From positions 159,821 through 223,820 of the forward strand of contig CAYTNW010000002.1 of assembly GCA_964439325.1 (NCBI GenBank): a stretch of 64,000 nt of DNA. The letters are read 5' to 3'. Positions 48,307 through 58,193 of this stretch are shown in pieces (the first letter of the stretch is position 1; each line of letters opens with the position of its first letter). Made by a program: the position numbers and the translations under genes. The notes beneath the pieces are model-generated. The model was not told where the DNA came from, did not search any database, and worked only from the letters and a program-made list of their open reading frames with translations. Origin of the DNA: an uncultured Leptospirales bacterium (lineage in GTDB: Bacteria; Spirochaetota; UBA4802; UBA5550).

Positions 48307-49656
48307 ATGGTACAGGTGCTTGATGTAAGAAAGATGCAGGTTCTTGAGAACGGCAGAGAAGACCGTAATGTAATATGCGACAGGAAGAGTGCTGCCGGAT
48401 CAGTGAGCCAGCGTGCCTGTGTATTCTGCGGTTCGCGGGTTGTGCTTTATCCGATTGCTGATGCGCTTCATCTGGTACACGGCCCTTTAGGATGTGCTGC
48501 CTATACGTGGGATATCAGGGGATCTCTTTCGTCGGGTCCTGAACTCCACCGGATGAGTTTTTCAACAGACCTGCGTGAGGAAGATGTCATATACGGAGGT
48601 GAGAAAAAACTCCTCGCGGCATTGAGTGAGCTTATAGACGCATATTCGCCAAAAGCGGCATTCGTATACTCAACCTGCATAGTAGGACTAATCGGTGATG
48701 ACGTGCAGGCAATATGCCGTAAAGTTTCAGAAGAGAAGAAGATTCCTGTAATACCGGTCAACTCGGAAGGCTTTCGTGGAACAAAAAAAGACGGATATGC
48801 GGCGGCATGTGATGCCCTCGCGCTGCTTGTCGGTACTTCGGCTGAAAAAACACGCAATGTTTATTCAATAAATATTCTGGGTGATTTTAATCTGGCCGGG
48901 GAGTCGTGGATAATCCGGAAATACTATCAGGAGATGGGTGTAAACGTCATCTCCTGTATTACCGGTGACGGGCGTATAGACGAAATAAAACAGGCACACT
49001 ACGCGAATTTAAATGTTGTTCAGTGTTCAGGTTCAATGACTCAGCTGGCTAGACATATGGAGAATAAGTATGGTATCCCATTTATACGGGTATCGTATTT
49101 CGGACTTGAGGACATGTCTCAGGCGCTTTATGATGTAGCTAAACATTCAGAGTCAAATGATATGATAAAAGCCGCAGGCAGTATTGTCGAACGTGAGGTC
49201 AAGGCGATATATCCTGAATTGAAAGTTATAAGGAAAGATCTTGAGGGTAAAAGGGCCGCTATTTATGTCGGCGGTTCATTTAAAGCTTTCTCTCTGGTTA
49301 AGGCGCTGCGTCATATTGGCATGTCAGTAGCTGTAGTAGGTTCACAGACCGGATCGAATGAAGACTATGAATATCTGAAAGAGATATGTGATGAGGGGAC
49401 AATAATTGTCGATGATACGAATCCGATTGAACTCTCAGGATTTATGGACAGCCGTAAGGTCGATCTGCTTATAGGCGGCGTGAAAGAAAGGCCAATTGCA
49501 TATAAAACAGGCGTGGCATTCTGTGATCATAACCATGAAAGAAAGACACCACTGGCGGGTTTTGAAGGGATGCTGAATTTCGCGAAAGAAGTTCATCTGT
49601 CAGTAATGAGTCCGGTCTGGAGGTTTTCTAATGCGTATAAAAAAAGGATGGGATAA
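48307..49656 (+). CDS. nifE: FeMo-cofactor biosynthesis scaffold NifE
   Basis: NifD-like fold (ACVFCGSRVVLYPIADALHLVHGPLGCAAY, STCIVGLIGDD). 449 aa. Position after nifK. Confidence 0.9.
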   Translation: MVQVLDVRKMQVLENGREDRNVICDRKSAAGSVSQRACVFCGSRVVLYPIADALHLVHGPLGCAAYTWDIRGSLSSGPELHRMSFSTDLREEDVIYGGEKKLLAALSELIDAYSPKAAFVYSTCIVGLIGDDVQAICRKVSEEKKIPVIPVNSEGFRGTKKDGYAAACDALALLVGTSAEKTRNVYSINILGDFNLAGESWIIRKYYQEMGVNVISCITGDGRIDEIKQAHYANLNVVQCSGSMTQLARHMENKYGIPFIRVSYFGLEDMSQALYDVAKHSESNDMIKAAGSIVEREVKAIYPELKVIRKDLEGKRAAIYVGGSFKAFSLVKALRHIGMSVAVVGSQTGSNEDYEYLKEICDEGTIIVDDTNPIELSGFMDSRKVDLLIGGVKERPIAYKTGVAFCDHNHERKTPLAGFEGMLNFAKEVHLSVMSPVWRFSNAYKKRMG

Positions 49657-49657
49657 A

Positions 49658-51019
49658 ATGAATAAGCCATTAACCGGAAATAAAACGAATTTTACTTCAA
49701 CCAGAAACGCTTGTGCGCTTTGCGCTCCGCTGGGTGCATCACTGGCATTCCGTGGAATAGAAAACTGTATCCCGCTGGTTCATGGATCTCAGGGCTGTTC
49801 AACATATATAAGACGTTATATCATAAGCCACTTCAGAGAACCGGTAGATATAGCATCGTCAAACTTCAGTGAAGAGTCCGCAGTATTTGGGGGTGGAGCG
49901 AACCTGAAAACGGCTCTGGATAATGTTATCAGGCAGTATAAACCTTCGATTGTCGGTGTCTCATCAACATGTCTGTCGGAGACGATCGGAGATGATATAA
50001 ACATGCTGTTAAGGGAGTATAATTCATCGTGTAAAAATAACGGAGTTGAAATAGTACATGTTTCAACACCAAGTTACAGAGGAACTCATGCTGAAGGTTT
50101 CAGGGCAGCAGTGAGGGCTGTCGTCGAATCTCTGTCGCATGGAGGGGAATGTAATGGTATGGTGAATCTTTTTCCGCCGATACTATCCACCGAAGATATA
50201 CGGCATTTAAAAGATATTGTGAATGACTTTGGGGTCAATGTCACAATGCTGCCGGACTACTCGGAAACACTGGATGGTGCAGCCTGGGACAGGTACGTAA
50301 AACTTCCGGAAGGCGGTACATCTTTGTTTTCTATCAAAAATATGGGGTGTGCCGTATGTTCAATTGAACTGGGAGAGAATGTTGCCCCTGAATTGAGCGC
50401 AGGTAAATATTTCTCGGAAAAATTCGGACAAAAGTATATAAAAACAGGACTGCCGCTCGGGATTGATGCATGTGACAGCTTATTTTCAATTCTAAGTGAA
50501 ATTTCAGGCAGGCCGGTTCCGGAAAAATACGTGAAAGAGCGTGGAAGATTGGCGGATGCCTATATAGATGCTCATAAATATCTATCGGGTAAAAAGGCAG
50601 TCGTATTCGGTGAGCCGGACATTGCAGCAGGGATCTCATACTTTCTTGATGAAACCGGAATAAAAACCGTACTCTGTGCTACTGGATCGCGCGGTATGTC
50701 GTCTGGTTTTAGTTTGGGAATTAATGGTTTTGAAAGTGCAGACTGCACGGTTCTGGATGATACAGATTTTGCCACGATGCTTGAGTTATGCAGAGAGTTA
50801 AAACCGGATATAATTATAGGTAGCAGTAAGGGATATTATCTTTCAAAAAACCTCGGTATACCGCTTATAAGGACAGGTTTTCCGATCCACGACAGGTTCG
50901 GAGGCCAGAGAATCATGCTTACCGGGTATAAAGGTACCCAACAGCTGTTTGACCGTATCGTCAATGCTTTGATGGAATTTAAACAGGAGTCGAGCGATAT
51001 CGGTTACAGTTATATATAG
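49658..51019 (+). CDS. nifN: FeMo-cofactor biosynthesis scaffold NifN
   Basis: NifK-like (NACALCAPLGASLAFRGIENCIPLVHGSQGCSTY, STCLSETIGDD). Start taken at MNKPL (ATG 49658), 1 nt after the nifE stop. The track start 49631 overlaps nifE. Confidence 0.85.
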   Translation: MNKPLTGNKTNFTSTRNACALCAPLGASLAFRGIENCIPLVHGSQGCSTYIRRYIISHFREPVDIASSNFSEESAVFGGGANLKTALDNVIRQYKPSIVGVSSTCLSETIGDDINMLLREYNSSCKNNGVEIVHVSTPSYRGTHAEGFRAAVRAVVESLSHGGECNGMVNLFPPILSTEDIRHLKDIVNDFGVNVTMLPDYSETLDGAAWDRYVKLPEGGTSLFSIKNMGCAVCSIELGENVAPELSAGKYFSEKFGQKYIKTGLPLGIDACDSLFSILSEISGRPVPEKYVKERGRLADAYIDAHKYLSGKKAVVFGEPDIAAGISYFLDETGIKTVLCATGSRGMSSGFSLGINGFESADCTVLDDTDFATMLELCRELKPDIIIGSSKGYYLSKNLGIPLIRTGFPIHDRFGGQRIMLTGYKGTQQLFDRIVNALMEFKQESSDIGYSYI

Positions 51020-51030
51020 GAGGCGGTATT

Positions 51031-52290
51031 ATGAATTTCAGAGAACACCCGTGTTTCAGCGAAAACGCACGGCACACAAGCGGAAGGATACATCTGCCGG
51101 TTGCGCCGAAATGCAATATACAGTGTAACTACTGTGACAGGAGATTTGACTGTATCAATGAATCCCGTCCGGGTGTAGCAAGTGGAATCCTTACACCGAG
51201 ACAGGCGCTGGTGTACCTTGAGAAAGTGATTGAAAGGATACCGTCAATAGCAGTCGCGGGGATTGCAGGCCCGGGGGATCCCCTGGCTAATCCGGAGGAG
51301 ACACTTGAAACTTTCAGGATTATAAGAAGCAAATTCCCGGACCTTCATCTCTGCATGGCAACAAACGGTCTCGAGCTGGAAAATTATGCTGATGACATCG
51401 CTTCGGTCGGGGTGGACCATTTAACTGTTACGGTCAATGCAGTTGATCCGGAGATCGGCAGCAGAATCTATTCATGGGTGCGCTACAATAAAAGACCGAG
51501 AAGGGGAATTGAAGCTGCAGAGGTCCTTCTCGAAATGCAGAAAAGAGGTATAGAAAAACTAAAAAAACATGATGTTGTCATAAAGATTAATACAGTGGTA
51601 ATTTCGGGAATAAACGACCATCACGTTGCGGATGTAGCGAGGGAGATGTCGCTTAATGGTGCCGGAATACATAACTGCATACCTTTATATAATGTTGAAG
51701 GTACACCGTTTGATTCGATAGTGCCGGTCTCTGCAGAAACTATTAAGAGCATCAGGGAGTCTTCATCACATTACCTGCCCCAGATGAGTCATTGCAGGAG
51801 ATGCCGTGCAGATGCGGCAGGTATGCTGGGTGAATCAAATACTGAAGAAATTATCAAACTAGTCAGTGATGCATCGATGCTGAAGTTTGATTCTGAAAGA
51901 CCGTATATTGCCGTGGCAAGCATGGAAGGGATCTTTGTAAATCAGCACCTGGGTGAAGCTGAATATCTGTGGATCTTCTCTTCAAGAAACGGGATTATTG
52001 AATTTTTAGAAAAGAGAAAAGCTCCTGAAGCCGGTGGAGGAAAAGACAGATGGGACAAAATGGCTGAAATTCTCCACGACTGCCGTGCAGTTCTTTCCAG
52101 CGGCTCCGGGATGTCGCCGGTAAAAGCCCTTGAATCGTATGGAATCAGTGTGATCACAATGGAGGGGATGGCTGAAGAGGGTATGAGTGCGATTTTTTCT
52201 GGAAAAAAAGTACCGGCAATACTTCTCCGTGATTCAGGGATCTGTGGTATAAAACAGTCATGCAGCGGCACCGGTACGGGTTGTATGTAG
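51031..52290 (+). CDS. nifB: Radical-SAM FeMo-co biosynthesis protein NifB (with C-terminal NifX-like domain)
   Basis: HPCFSENARHTSGRIHLPVAPKCNIQCNYC is the NifB N-terminus with the CxxxCxxC motif. The C-terminal ~100 aa (IAVASMEGIFVNQHLGEAEYLWIF...) are NifX/NifB-type. Confidence 0.9.
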   Translation: MNFREHPCFSENARHTSGRIHLPVAPKCNIQCNYCDRRFDCINESRPGVASGILTPRQALVYLEKVIERIPSIAVAGIAGPGDPLANPEETLETFRIIRSKFPDLHLCMATNGLELENYADDIASVGVDHLTVTVNAVDPEIGSRIYSWVRYNKRPRRGIEAAEVLLEMQKRGIEKLKKHDVVIKINTVVISGINDHHVADVAREMSLNGAGIHNCIPLYNVEGTPFDSIVPVSAETIKSIRESSSHYLPQMSHCRRCRADAAGMLGESNTEEIIKLVSDASMLKFDSERPYIAVASMEGIFVNQHLGEAEYLWIFSSRNGIIEFLEKRKAPEAGGGKDRWDKMAEILHDCRAVLSSGSGMSPVKALESYGISVITMEGMAEEGMSAIFSGKKVPAILLRDSGICGIKQSCSGTGTGCM

Positions 52291-52335
52291 TATAGTGATA
52301 CTAAATTACGATAGCGAATAAGAGGTAAAAACAAA

Positions 52336-52644
52336 ATGAAAAAACCAGAACATCACATTTTTCTATGCGGGAGTTTCCGTGTCTCGGGAGATTCTCTGGG
52401 TGTATGTAATAAGAAGGGTTCAATGGGACTGATGCAGTATATTGAAAACGAATTATCAGACAGGGGACTCAGCGGTGTCGCAGTGTCCGGTACCGGATGC
52501 CTTAAAGTCTGTGATCGAGGACCTGCAATGGTAATCTACCCTGAAAACTGGTGGTACGGCAAAATTGAGAGCGAGTCGGTCATTGATGAAATACTTGATG
52601 CGCTTGAAGACGGGAGACCGGCTGAGAAATATATGCTTAACTGA
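52336..52644 (+). CDS. Thioredoxin-like [2Fe-2S] ferredoxin
   Basis: HHIFLCGSFR...CNKKG...GTGCLKVCDRGPAMVIYPENWWYG gives a four-Cys pattern and the fold signature of the thioredoxin-like 2Fe-2S ferredoxin family. 102 aa. Confidence 0.8.
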   Translation: MKKPEHHIFLCGSFRVSGDSLGVCNKKGSMGLMQYIENELSDRGLSGVAVSGTGCLKVCDRGPAMVIYPENWWYGKIESESVIDEILDALEDGRPAEKYMLN

Positions 52645-52720
52645 TCCAGTTAAATGATCTCTGAAATTACATTTCTGTTCCATTGCCAGACGTGAACAAA
52701 ACTAAAGAGAGGTACGTGAA

Positions 52721-53122
52721 ATGATAGTGCGAAATTCGTCATGGAATGATTTTTACAGCCAGGGAATACAGTACATGGCTGCAGTAGAGAGATCGGTAAG
52801 CAACGGTGATTTTTTTACACCGGTGCTGGTTTATAATATTACTGCGATTGCTATAGAAAAACTTATTATCGGCGCATGCATGTTCAGCGGTAATATACCA
52901 TACAGTCATACTCTGTCAGAAATGGCCGGTTTTGCAAAAAACATAATAAACCTTGATGATACTCTTGCTGATGACCTGAATACAATGGACAGACTCCAGA
53001 TGATATGTTCTTTCGATGAAAGCGTTAAAATAAATATAGAAAAGGATAATATTCCGTTTTTTTTGGATGTCATGAAGCGGATTTTTGAAAAGACAGAATC
53101 ATATATATCATCGATGCAGTGA
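52721..53122 (+). CDS. HEPN-like four-helix protein of unknown function, embedded in the nif operon
   Basis: 133-aa ORF with GAGAGG upstream. YNITAIAIEKLIIGACMFSGNIPYSHTLSEMAGFAKN fits the HEPN helix-2/helix-3 pattern (..A.EK.LKA......P..H.L..L). I could not find the R-x4-6-H nuclease motif. Confidence 0.5.
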   Translation: MIVRNSSWNDFYSQGIQYMAAVERSVSNGDFFTPVLVYNITAIAIEKLIIGACMFSGNIPYSHTLSEMAGFAKNIINLDDTLADDLNTMDRLQMICSFDESVKINIEKDNIPFFLDVMKRIFEKTESYISSMQ

Positions 53123-53129
53123 ACGTTTT

Positions 53130-54668
53130 ATGAAACGGGAAAATATAATTATACTTGATACGACACTGCGCGATGGAGATCAGTCTCCGGGATTTTCACT
53201 GGGACTGGATGAGAAAATAATCATAGCCGGTCACCTGGAAAGACTGGGAGTTGATATTATTGAGGCCGGTTTCCCTGCTTCATCTAAAGGACAGTTCACG
53301 ACAGTTCAGAGAATAGCCGGATCGCTGAGGATGTCCGCCATATCAGCAATGGCAAGAGCCAGAACTGATGATATAAAAAAAGCAGGAGAAGCTATTGCGG
53401 GAGCGAGGGTAAAAAAATATATCCATACGACAATAGCGACATCGCCTATACACAGAAAGATGAAGCTTCGTAAAAGCCGAAGCGAAATAATAGATATAGC
53501 TGTCGAGGCTGTACTGTGTGCTTCTCAATACGCCGACTATGTAGAGATAGGAGCAGAAGATGCAACAAGAACCGAACCGGAGTTTTTAATGGAATTCTGC
53601 GAGATGGTTACTGATGCCGGCGCGGATGTTGTAAACATTGCCGATACTGTTGGTTTTATCCAGCCTCAGGAATTTTTTATGCTTATACTGAAGCTTTATA
53701 ATAATGTGAAAGCTTTTAAAACCGGTAAGGCCAGAATAAGCGTTCACTGTCATAATGACCTGGGGCAGGCAACCTCAAACACCTTGTCCGGACTTATGGC
53801 GGGAGGGTTGCAGGCTGAAGTCACACTTCTCGGAATAGGTGAGAGAGGTGGCAATACTCCTCTCGAAGAGATTGCTGCGGTGTTAAAAACGCGTGACGAT
53901 TATTACGGAAAAATTAAAACGCGGCTTAACCCTGAATTTGTAGCTGAAACAGTAAGAGATCTCAGTATATTCACGGGCGTCGCAATAAATCCAAACAAGC
54001 CGGTAACGGGGAGTAATGTTTTTACCCACAGTTCCGGAATTCATCAGAACGGAATGCTTGCATCGCCTTTAACTTATTCAGTTCTTAATCCGGAACAGTA
54101 CGGGTTTCAGAATCACAGGTTTATTCTTTCGCGCCATTCAGGTTTAAGCGGATTTAACGCAAAGATCAACGAATTGACAGGTGACAGGATTTCCGTATCG
54201 GATGATCAGGATCTGTTTAACAGGTTCAAATACTTGGCTGATACAAAGAACGAGATAACGACGACCGATGTGTTGACTTTTCTTTTTGATGAAGGTATAA
54301 TAAATAATAGCATTTGGTATCTAGATTCATGGAAATACTCAAAACATATCAATCATTCACTCACTATTGAGGTATCTTCCGTTTACAACGATCACAAGAA
54401 AGTGAGGGCCACCGGTGCCACTAAATGGAGTGTGGCTGAAAGCGCGCTGAAGTCACTGTTCAGGCTCGATATTAATCTGATATATTATTCATTCAGCGGT
54501 TCATCCGGAAAAACCGGGAGTAATGAAACATTTTTTATTGCAGCTGAATATGAGGGTATGAATTATGCAGATGAACTGCGCGGTAATGATTCCCTGGAAT
54601 TATTTATTAAAAGCTATCTTAATCTGATAAACCAGATCTCGGCGAAATTTCAGCTGAGCGGTTTGTAA
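53130..54668 (+). CDS. nifV: Homocitrate synthase NifV / LeuA-CimA family, with a C-terminal LeuA-dimer-like extension
   Basis: ILDTTLRDGDQSPG, HCHNDLGQATSNTL and SGIHQNG motifs (DRE-TIM aldolase). Start trimmed to MKRENIIIL (53130). 512 aa, about 130 aa longer than a minimal NifV. Confidence 0.75.
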   Translation: MKRENIIILDTTLRDGDQSPGFSLGLDEKIIIAGHLERLGVDIIEAGFPASSKGQFTTVQRIAGSLRMSAISAMARARTDDIKKAGEAIAGARVKKYIHTTIATSPIHRKMKLRKSRSEIIDIAVEAVLCASQYADYVEIGAEDATRTEPEFLMEFCEMVTDAGADVVNIADTVGFIQPQEFFMLILKLYNNVKAFKTGKARISVHCHNDLGQATSNTLSGLMAGGLQAEVTLLGIGERGGNTPLEEIAAVLKTRDDYYGKIKTRLNPEFVAETVRDLSIFTGVAINPNKPVTGSNVFTHSSGIHQNGMLASPLTYSVLNPEQYGFQNHRFILSRHSGLSGFNAKINELTGDRISVSDDQDLFNRFKYLADTKNEITTTDVLTFLFDEGIINNSIWYLDSWKYSKHINHSLTIEVSSVYNDHKKVRATGATKWSVAESALKSLFRLDINLIYYSFSGSSGKTGSNETFFIAAEYEGMNYADELRGNDSLELFIKSYLNLINQISAKFQLSGL

Positions 54669-54683
54669 AATAAAGGTGATGTT

Positions 54684-55133
54684 ATGTTGATAAAAATACG
54701 AAAGGCTGAAATAAAAGACATAAATAAGTTGAGTGATATGATTTCATCTTTATTCAGTATTGAGGATGATTTTTCAGTAGACATTGAAAAACAGAAACGC
54801 GGTTTACGTATGATTATTGACGGTGAGGCTGATGGTATTATACTTGTCGCGGAGAAAGATTCAGTAGTAACCGGAATGGTGAGCCTGCAGAAGGTAGTAT
54901 CCACTGCAGCTGGAGGTTACTCATTGCTCCTTGAAGATATGTTTGTGATGCCTGAGCACAGGCATTCAGGCGTCGGAGAGAAACTTGTTAAAGAAGCAGT
55001 ACGATGGGGAAAGGAAAATAGTGTACTGAGGATTCAGCTTGCTGCGGACAAAAGGAATACTTCTGCTATAAATTTTTATTCTGCTAACGGATTCAATACC
55101 GGAAATATGATCTGCTTCTATAAATATATATAA
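54684..55133 (+). CDS. GNAT-family N-acetyltransferase
   Basis: The acetyl-CoA-binding motif region VMPEHRHSGVGEKLVKEAVRWGKE (Q/R-x-x-G-x-G/A) and the C-terminal NTSAINFYSANGF. 149 aa. Confidence 0.8.
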   Translation: MLIKIRKAEIKDINKLSDMISSLFSIEDDFSVDIEKQKRGLRMIIDGEADGIILVAEKDSVVTGMVSLQKVVSTAAGGYSLLLEDMFVMPEHRHSGVGEKLVKEAVRWGKENSVLRIQLAADKRNTSAINFYSANGFNTGNMICFYKYI

Positions 55134-55510
55134 GCGGTTAAAGCGGTATTGTTTATTAATTGTTAAAGATTAAGCATTTATATTAAGACGGATTTATGGA
55201 GTAATATAGGGGATTCCTGTATAAAAACTTACCACTCATGTTTATACGATGGAATAAACAGACAACAGTATTGAATTGAAGTTTACACAACTTTATCTTT
55301 CATGATATTGTTGTGGTTAAAAATTCAAAATCGTCAATATAAACGTTCAAAAAATTTGAAAAATTACAAATTTGTTAAATTCGGCCCCTTTTCCCGGTTT
55401 TTTGTTAAAAAAAATTGTTTATTATCCCCCTGTAATTAGCATGTCTGAATACTTATAAAATTAAACGGTCTGAATATTTATAAAAACAGGCTGCTGTTCA
55501 GGGTTATAAA

Positions 55511-57049
55511 ATGGATCTGATTAATGACAGACAGGTCGGCTTACTTGAGAAGATAGGGAGAATTTTTATTGAAAACAGCGAGGATATAAATCTCCTGATG
55601 TCTAATGTTTTCCGGCATGTGGTTAACTATTATAATATCGAACGCGGTATGATAAGCCTCTATCACAAAGAGGAGGATGAAATTCTTGTAGAAATTCATC
55701 ATGGATTCACTGATGAAGAGGTTACGAAGGGTATTTATAAACCGGGTGAGGGTGTAATAGGTACCGTTGTAAAAACCGGCAATCCGTTTCTTGTAATGGA
55801 TATAATGAATGAGCCTAAGTTCCTCAATAGAACTGGGGCGTTCCGTAATACATCAGCCAACAAGATTTCATTTATCTGCGTACCTGTGAAACTCAACCAG
55901 GACGTAATCGGTACAATATCGGTTGAATTAATAAACAATTACGGAAGGGATCTTGCCGAGGAGTATCACGTGCTTGTTACGATTTCTATCATGATAGCGC
56001 AGGCGGTAAACAGCAGGATTGAGTCGATCTCCCGCGAAAAGAAACTGAAGGACGAGAACGATCTGCTTCGTAAAAGAATTTCAATGAGTCAGGTACAGGG
56101 AAAACTTGTAGGTAATTCTAAGGTGATGAAGGAGCTGTATGAAAAAATAATTCTCATCTCCAGTTCAGACGCCACTGTGCTTATCCAGGGGGAGAGCGGA
56201 ACAGGCAAGGAGCTTATCGCTGATTCGATCCATCGCAACAGTAAGAGGTCCGGCGGTCCTTTTGTTAAGGTCAATATTGCCGCTCTCCCTAAAAATCTTA
56301 TAGAGGCGGAGCTTTTCGGTCATGAAAAAGGGGCGTTTACCGGGGCTGACAGGCTGAAAAAGGGGAGATTTGAACTTGCTGACGGCGGGACTATTTTCCT
56401 TGATGAGATTGGAGATCTCGACATATCATTACAGGTGCATCTGCTGAGAGTAATTCAGGAAAAAAGTATAGAAAGGGTTGGTGGCACAGGAGTAATTCCT
56501 GTTAATATAAGAATAATTGTGGCAACACATCATGATCTTGAAGCAAAAATTAAAAAGAATGAGTTCAGAGAGGATCTGTATTACAGACTAAACGTGTTCC
56601 CGATATATGCTCCCAGACTCCGCGACAGAAAGTCTGATGTTGTACTACTGGCTGATCATTTCCTGGAAATATATCGTGCAAAATCAGAAAAGAAAATAAA
56701 AAGAATCAGTACCGATGCGATAGACCTCCTTGTGGCCTATCACTGGCCCGGGAACGTCAGGGAGCTTGAAAACTGCATAGAACGTGCTGTGATACTATGC
56801 AACGAGGATGTAATAAGAAACTATCATCTCCCCCCGTCTTTGCAGATCTTTAACGAGAAGGACCTTCCCGGCACGCTGGAGGAGAGGACTGATATGTTTG
56901 AAAAGGAACTGATTATTGACGGTTTGAAAGCATCAAACGGGAATATCTCCGCGGCATCCATAATTCTGGGGACTACGAAGCGTATACTCGGCTATAAAAT
57001 CGACAAGCTTGGAATTGATTATAAAAATTTCAGAAAAAATGAGAACTGA
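55511..57049 (+). CDS. nifA: NifA-like sigma54-dependent transcriptional activator (GAF, AAA+, Fis-type HTH)
   Basis: GAF-like N-terminus. AAA+ motifs [14 protein letters not shown] (sigma54 contact loop), DEIGD and YRLNV. C-terminal HTH ([21 protein letters not shown]). It sits next to the nif cluster, and sigma54 promoters are seen at amtB and nifH. Confidence 0.75.
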   Translation: MDLINDRQVGLLEKIGRIFIENSEDINLLMSNVFRHVVNYYNIERGMISLYHKEEDEILVEIHHGFTDEEVTKGIYKPGEGVIGTVVKTGNPFLVMDIMNEPKFLNRTGAFRNTSANKISFICVPVKLNQDVIGTISVELINNYGRDLAEEYHVLVTISIMIAQAVNSRIESISREKKLKDENDLLRKRISMSQVQGKLVGNSKVMKELYEKIILISSSDATVLIQGESGTGKELIADSIHRNSKRSGGPFVKVNIAALPKNLIEAELFGHEKGAFTGADRLKKGRFELADGGTIFLDEIGDLDISLQVHLLRVIQEKSIERVGGTGVIPVNIRIIVATHHDLEAKIKKNEFREDLYYRLNVFPIYAPRLRDRKSDVVLLADHFLEIYRAKSEKKIKRISTDAIDLLVAYHWPGNVRELENCIERAVILCNEDVIRNYHLPPSLQIFNEKDLPGTLEERTDMFEKELIIDGLKASNGNISAASIILGTTKRILGYKIDKLGIDYKNFRKNEN

Positions 57050-57163
57050 AGCGCGGAATCGGGCCTTTGACGATTGAAGCTGTAGCGCTTTTTGCACTGC
57101 GTGTGCGGTATCAACTGATGAAAAATCATCTTACCTCCTTTTAAGAAACAAGTATAAATGAAG

Positions 57164-57204
57164 ACAAATGCCATCTCCAGTCCCCGGGATGGCATTTGTC
57201 GTTT
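57164..57204 (+). terminator. Probable terminator after the NifA-like gene
   Basis: ACAAATGCCATC (57164-57175) pairs with GATGGCATTTGT (57188-57199), followed by CGTTT. The T-tract is weak. Confidence 0.45.
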
Positions 57205-57530
57205 ACAGGCAGCGGAAACAGCCGGTATAGGTCCGTTTTGCCGCGTTACATAATTGTTTTTCAAAAAATTGTAATGATACAAATATGTACACCTGCCTCG
57301 GGCGCGTCTGCTTTGCTGCCGGCGCGGCTACAATATTGTATCAAAGAAACAAATATGTCTCAACTCCGAAATTCGGTGTTGAGACAAAAAAACAATTGAA
57401 CAATTTTGTATCACCGAATTTCGGAATCACCAAAATTTAACATAACCGAAACATGGGGAGCCAATTTCTATTGATAATTTTTTTACTCCGCTGTTCGCTG
57501 GTCGATATAATAGTAAAAAGGAGAAACGAT

Positions 57531-57986
57531 ATGAATATAACAGTTGTTAGGTCATTAAAACTTGTCGTTATGTACTGCTCCGGCAGTTTCAATGCCGATG
57601 AACTGCGCGATGCTCTTGAAATAAAAGACGGAGACGAGCTTAAACTTATCGGCCTGCCATGTTCGGGGAAAGTTGATATGCTGTATCTCGCGAAAGCATT
57701 TGAGAAAGGGGCTGACGGTCTGGCGCTGTTAACATGTCCTGCAAACAGGTGTCAGCATCTGGAGGGGAATCTGCGTGCATCCAGAAGAATGGAGGGGCTC
57801 AATTCTTTAATGGAAGAGGCAGGCTTCGGTAAAGAGAGAATGGTTGTACTGTCTCCCGGTGACGACGGTCTTGCGGGTGTTGCTGCGGAAATGGCGGAGT
57901 TCAGCGGCAGGATCAGGGGGATGCAGATAAATCCGTCAGGTATTCCATATAATGAAGTTGCTGTTTTTCCCGCGAGCATATCCTGA
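57531..57986 (+). CDS. MvhD/FlpD-like hydrogenase iron-sulfur subunit family protein
   Basis: VVMYCSGS...LKLIGLPCSGKVDMLYLAKAFEKGADGLALLTCPANRCQHLEGN...RR fits the FlpD/MvhD family pattern. Start trimmed to MNITVV (57531) after AAAGGAGA. The track start is 57453. Confidence 0.8.
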   Translation: MNITVVRSLKLVVMYCSGSFNADELRDALEIKDGDELKLIGLPCSGKVDMLYLAKAFEKGADGLALLTCPANRCQHLEGNLRASRRMEGLNSLMEEAGFGKERMVVLSPGDDGLAGVAAEMAEFSGRIRGMQINPSGIPYNEVAVFPASIS

Positions 57987-58193
57987 GAATATTTTTGGGA
58001 ATGTCGTGTTAACAGAATCACGGCCGGAAAAACGGATTAAGTTTTAACAAAATGAAAGCTGTAAAAATCCTACTCAGCAACACATCGTTCATAGAAGGAA
58101 AGCATGCGTTTGCAGGGAGGAAACTCCCGTTAAGCTGTTGTTAGATAAGAAGAGATGTGTGCTTGTAGATAAATAAGTTCTGGTGAATATATT

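Noticed and set aside
57019-57399. Track ORFs 57019-57282 (minus) and 57196-57399 (plus) in the nifA-mvhD spacer.
   Set aside because: They have no RBS and implausible composition. They overlap the terminator hairpin and the palindrome field, so the region is better explained as regulatory DNA.
58052-58144. 30-aa ORF (MKAVKILLSNTSFIEGKHAFAGRKLPLSCC) and a possible riboswitch in the 208-bp mvhD-metF gap.
   Set aside because: There is no Shine-Dalgarno sequence before the ATG. I could not match the gap to SAM, SAH, THF or ZTP riboswitch cores from memory; only a small GGGAG-GAAA-CUCCC hairpin is present. Not reportable without an Rfam scan.
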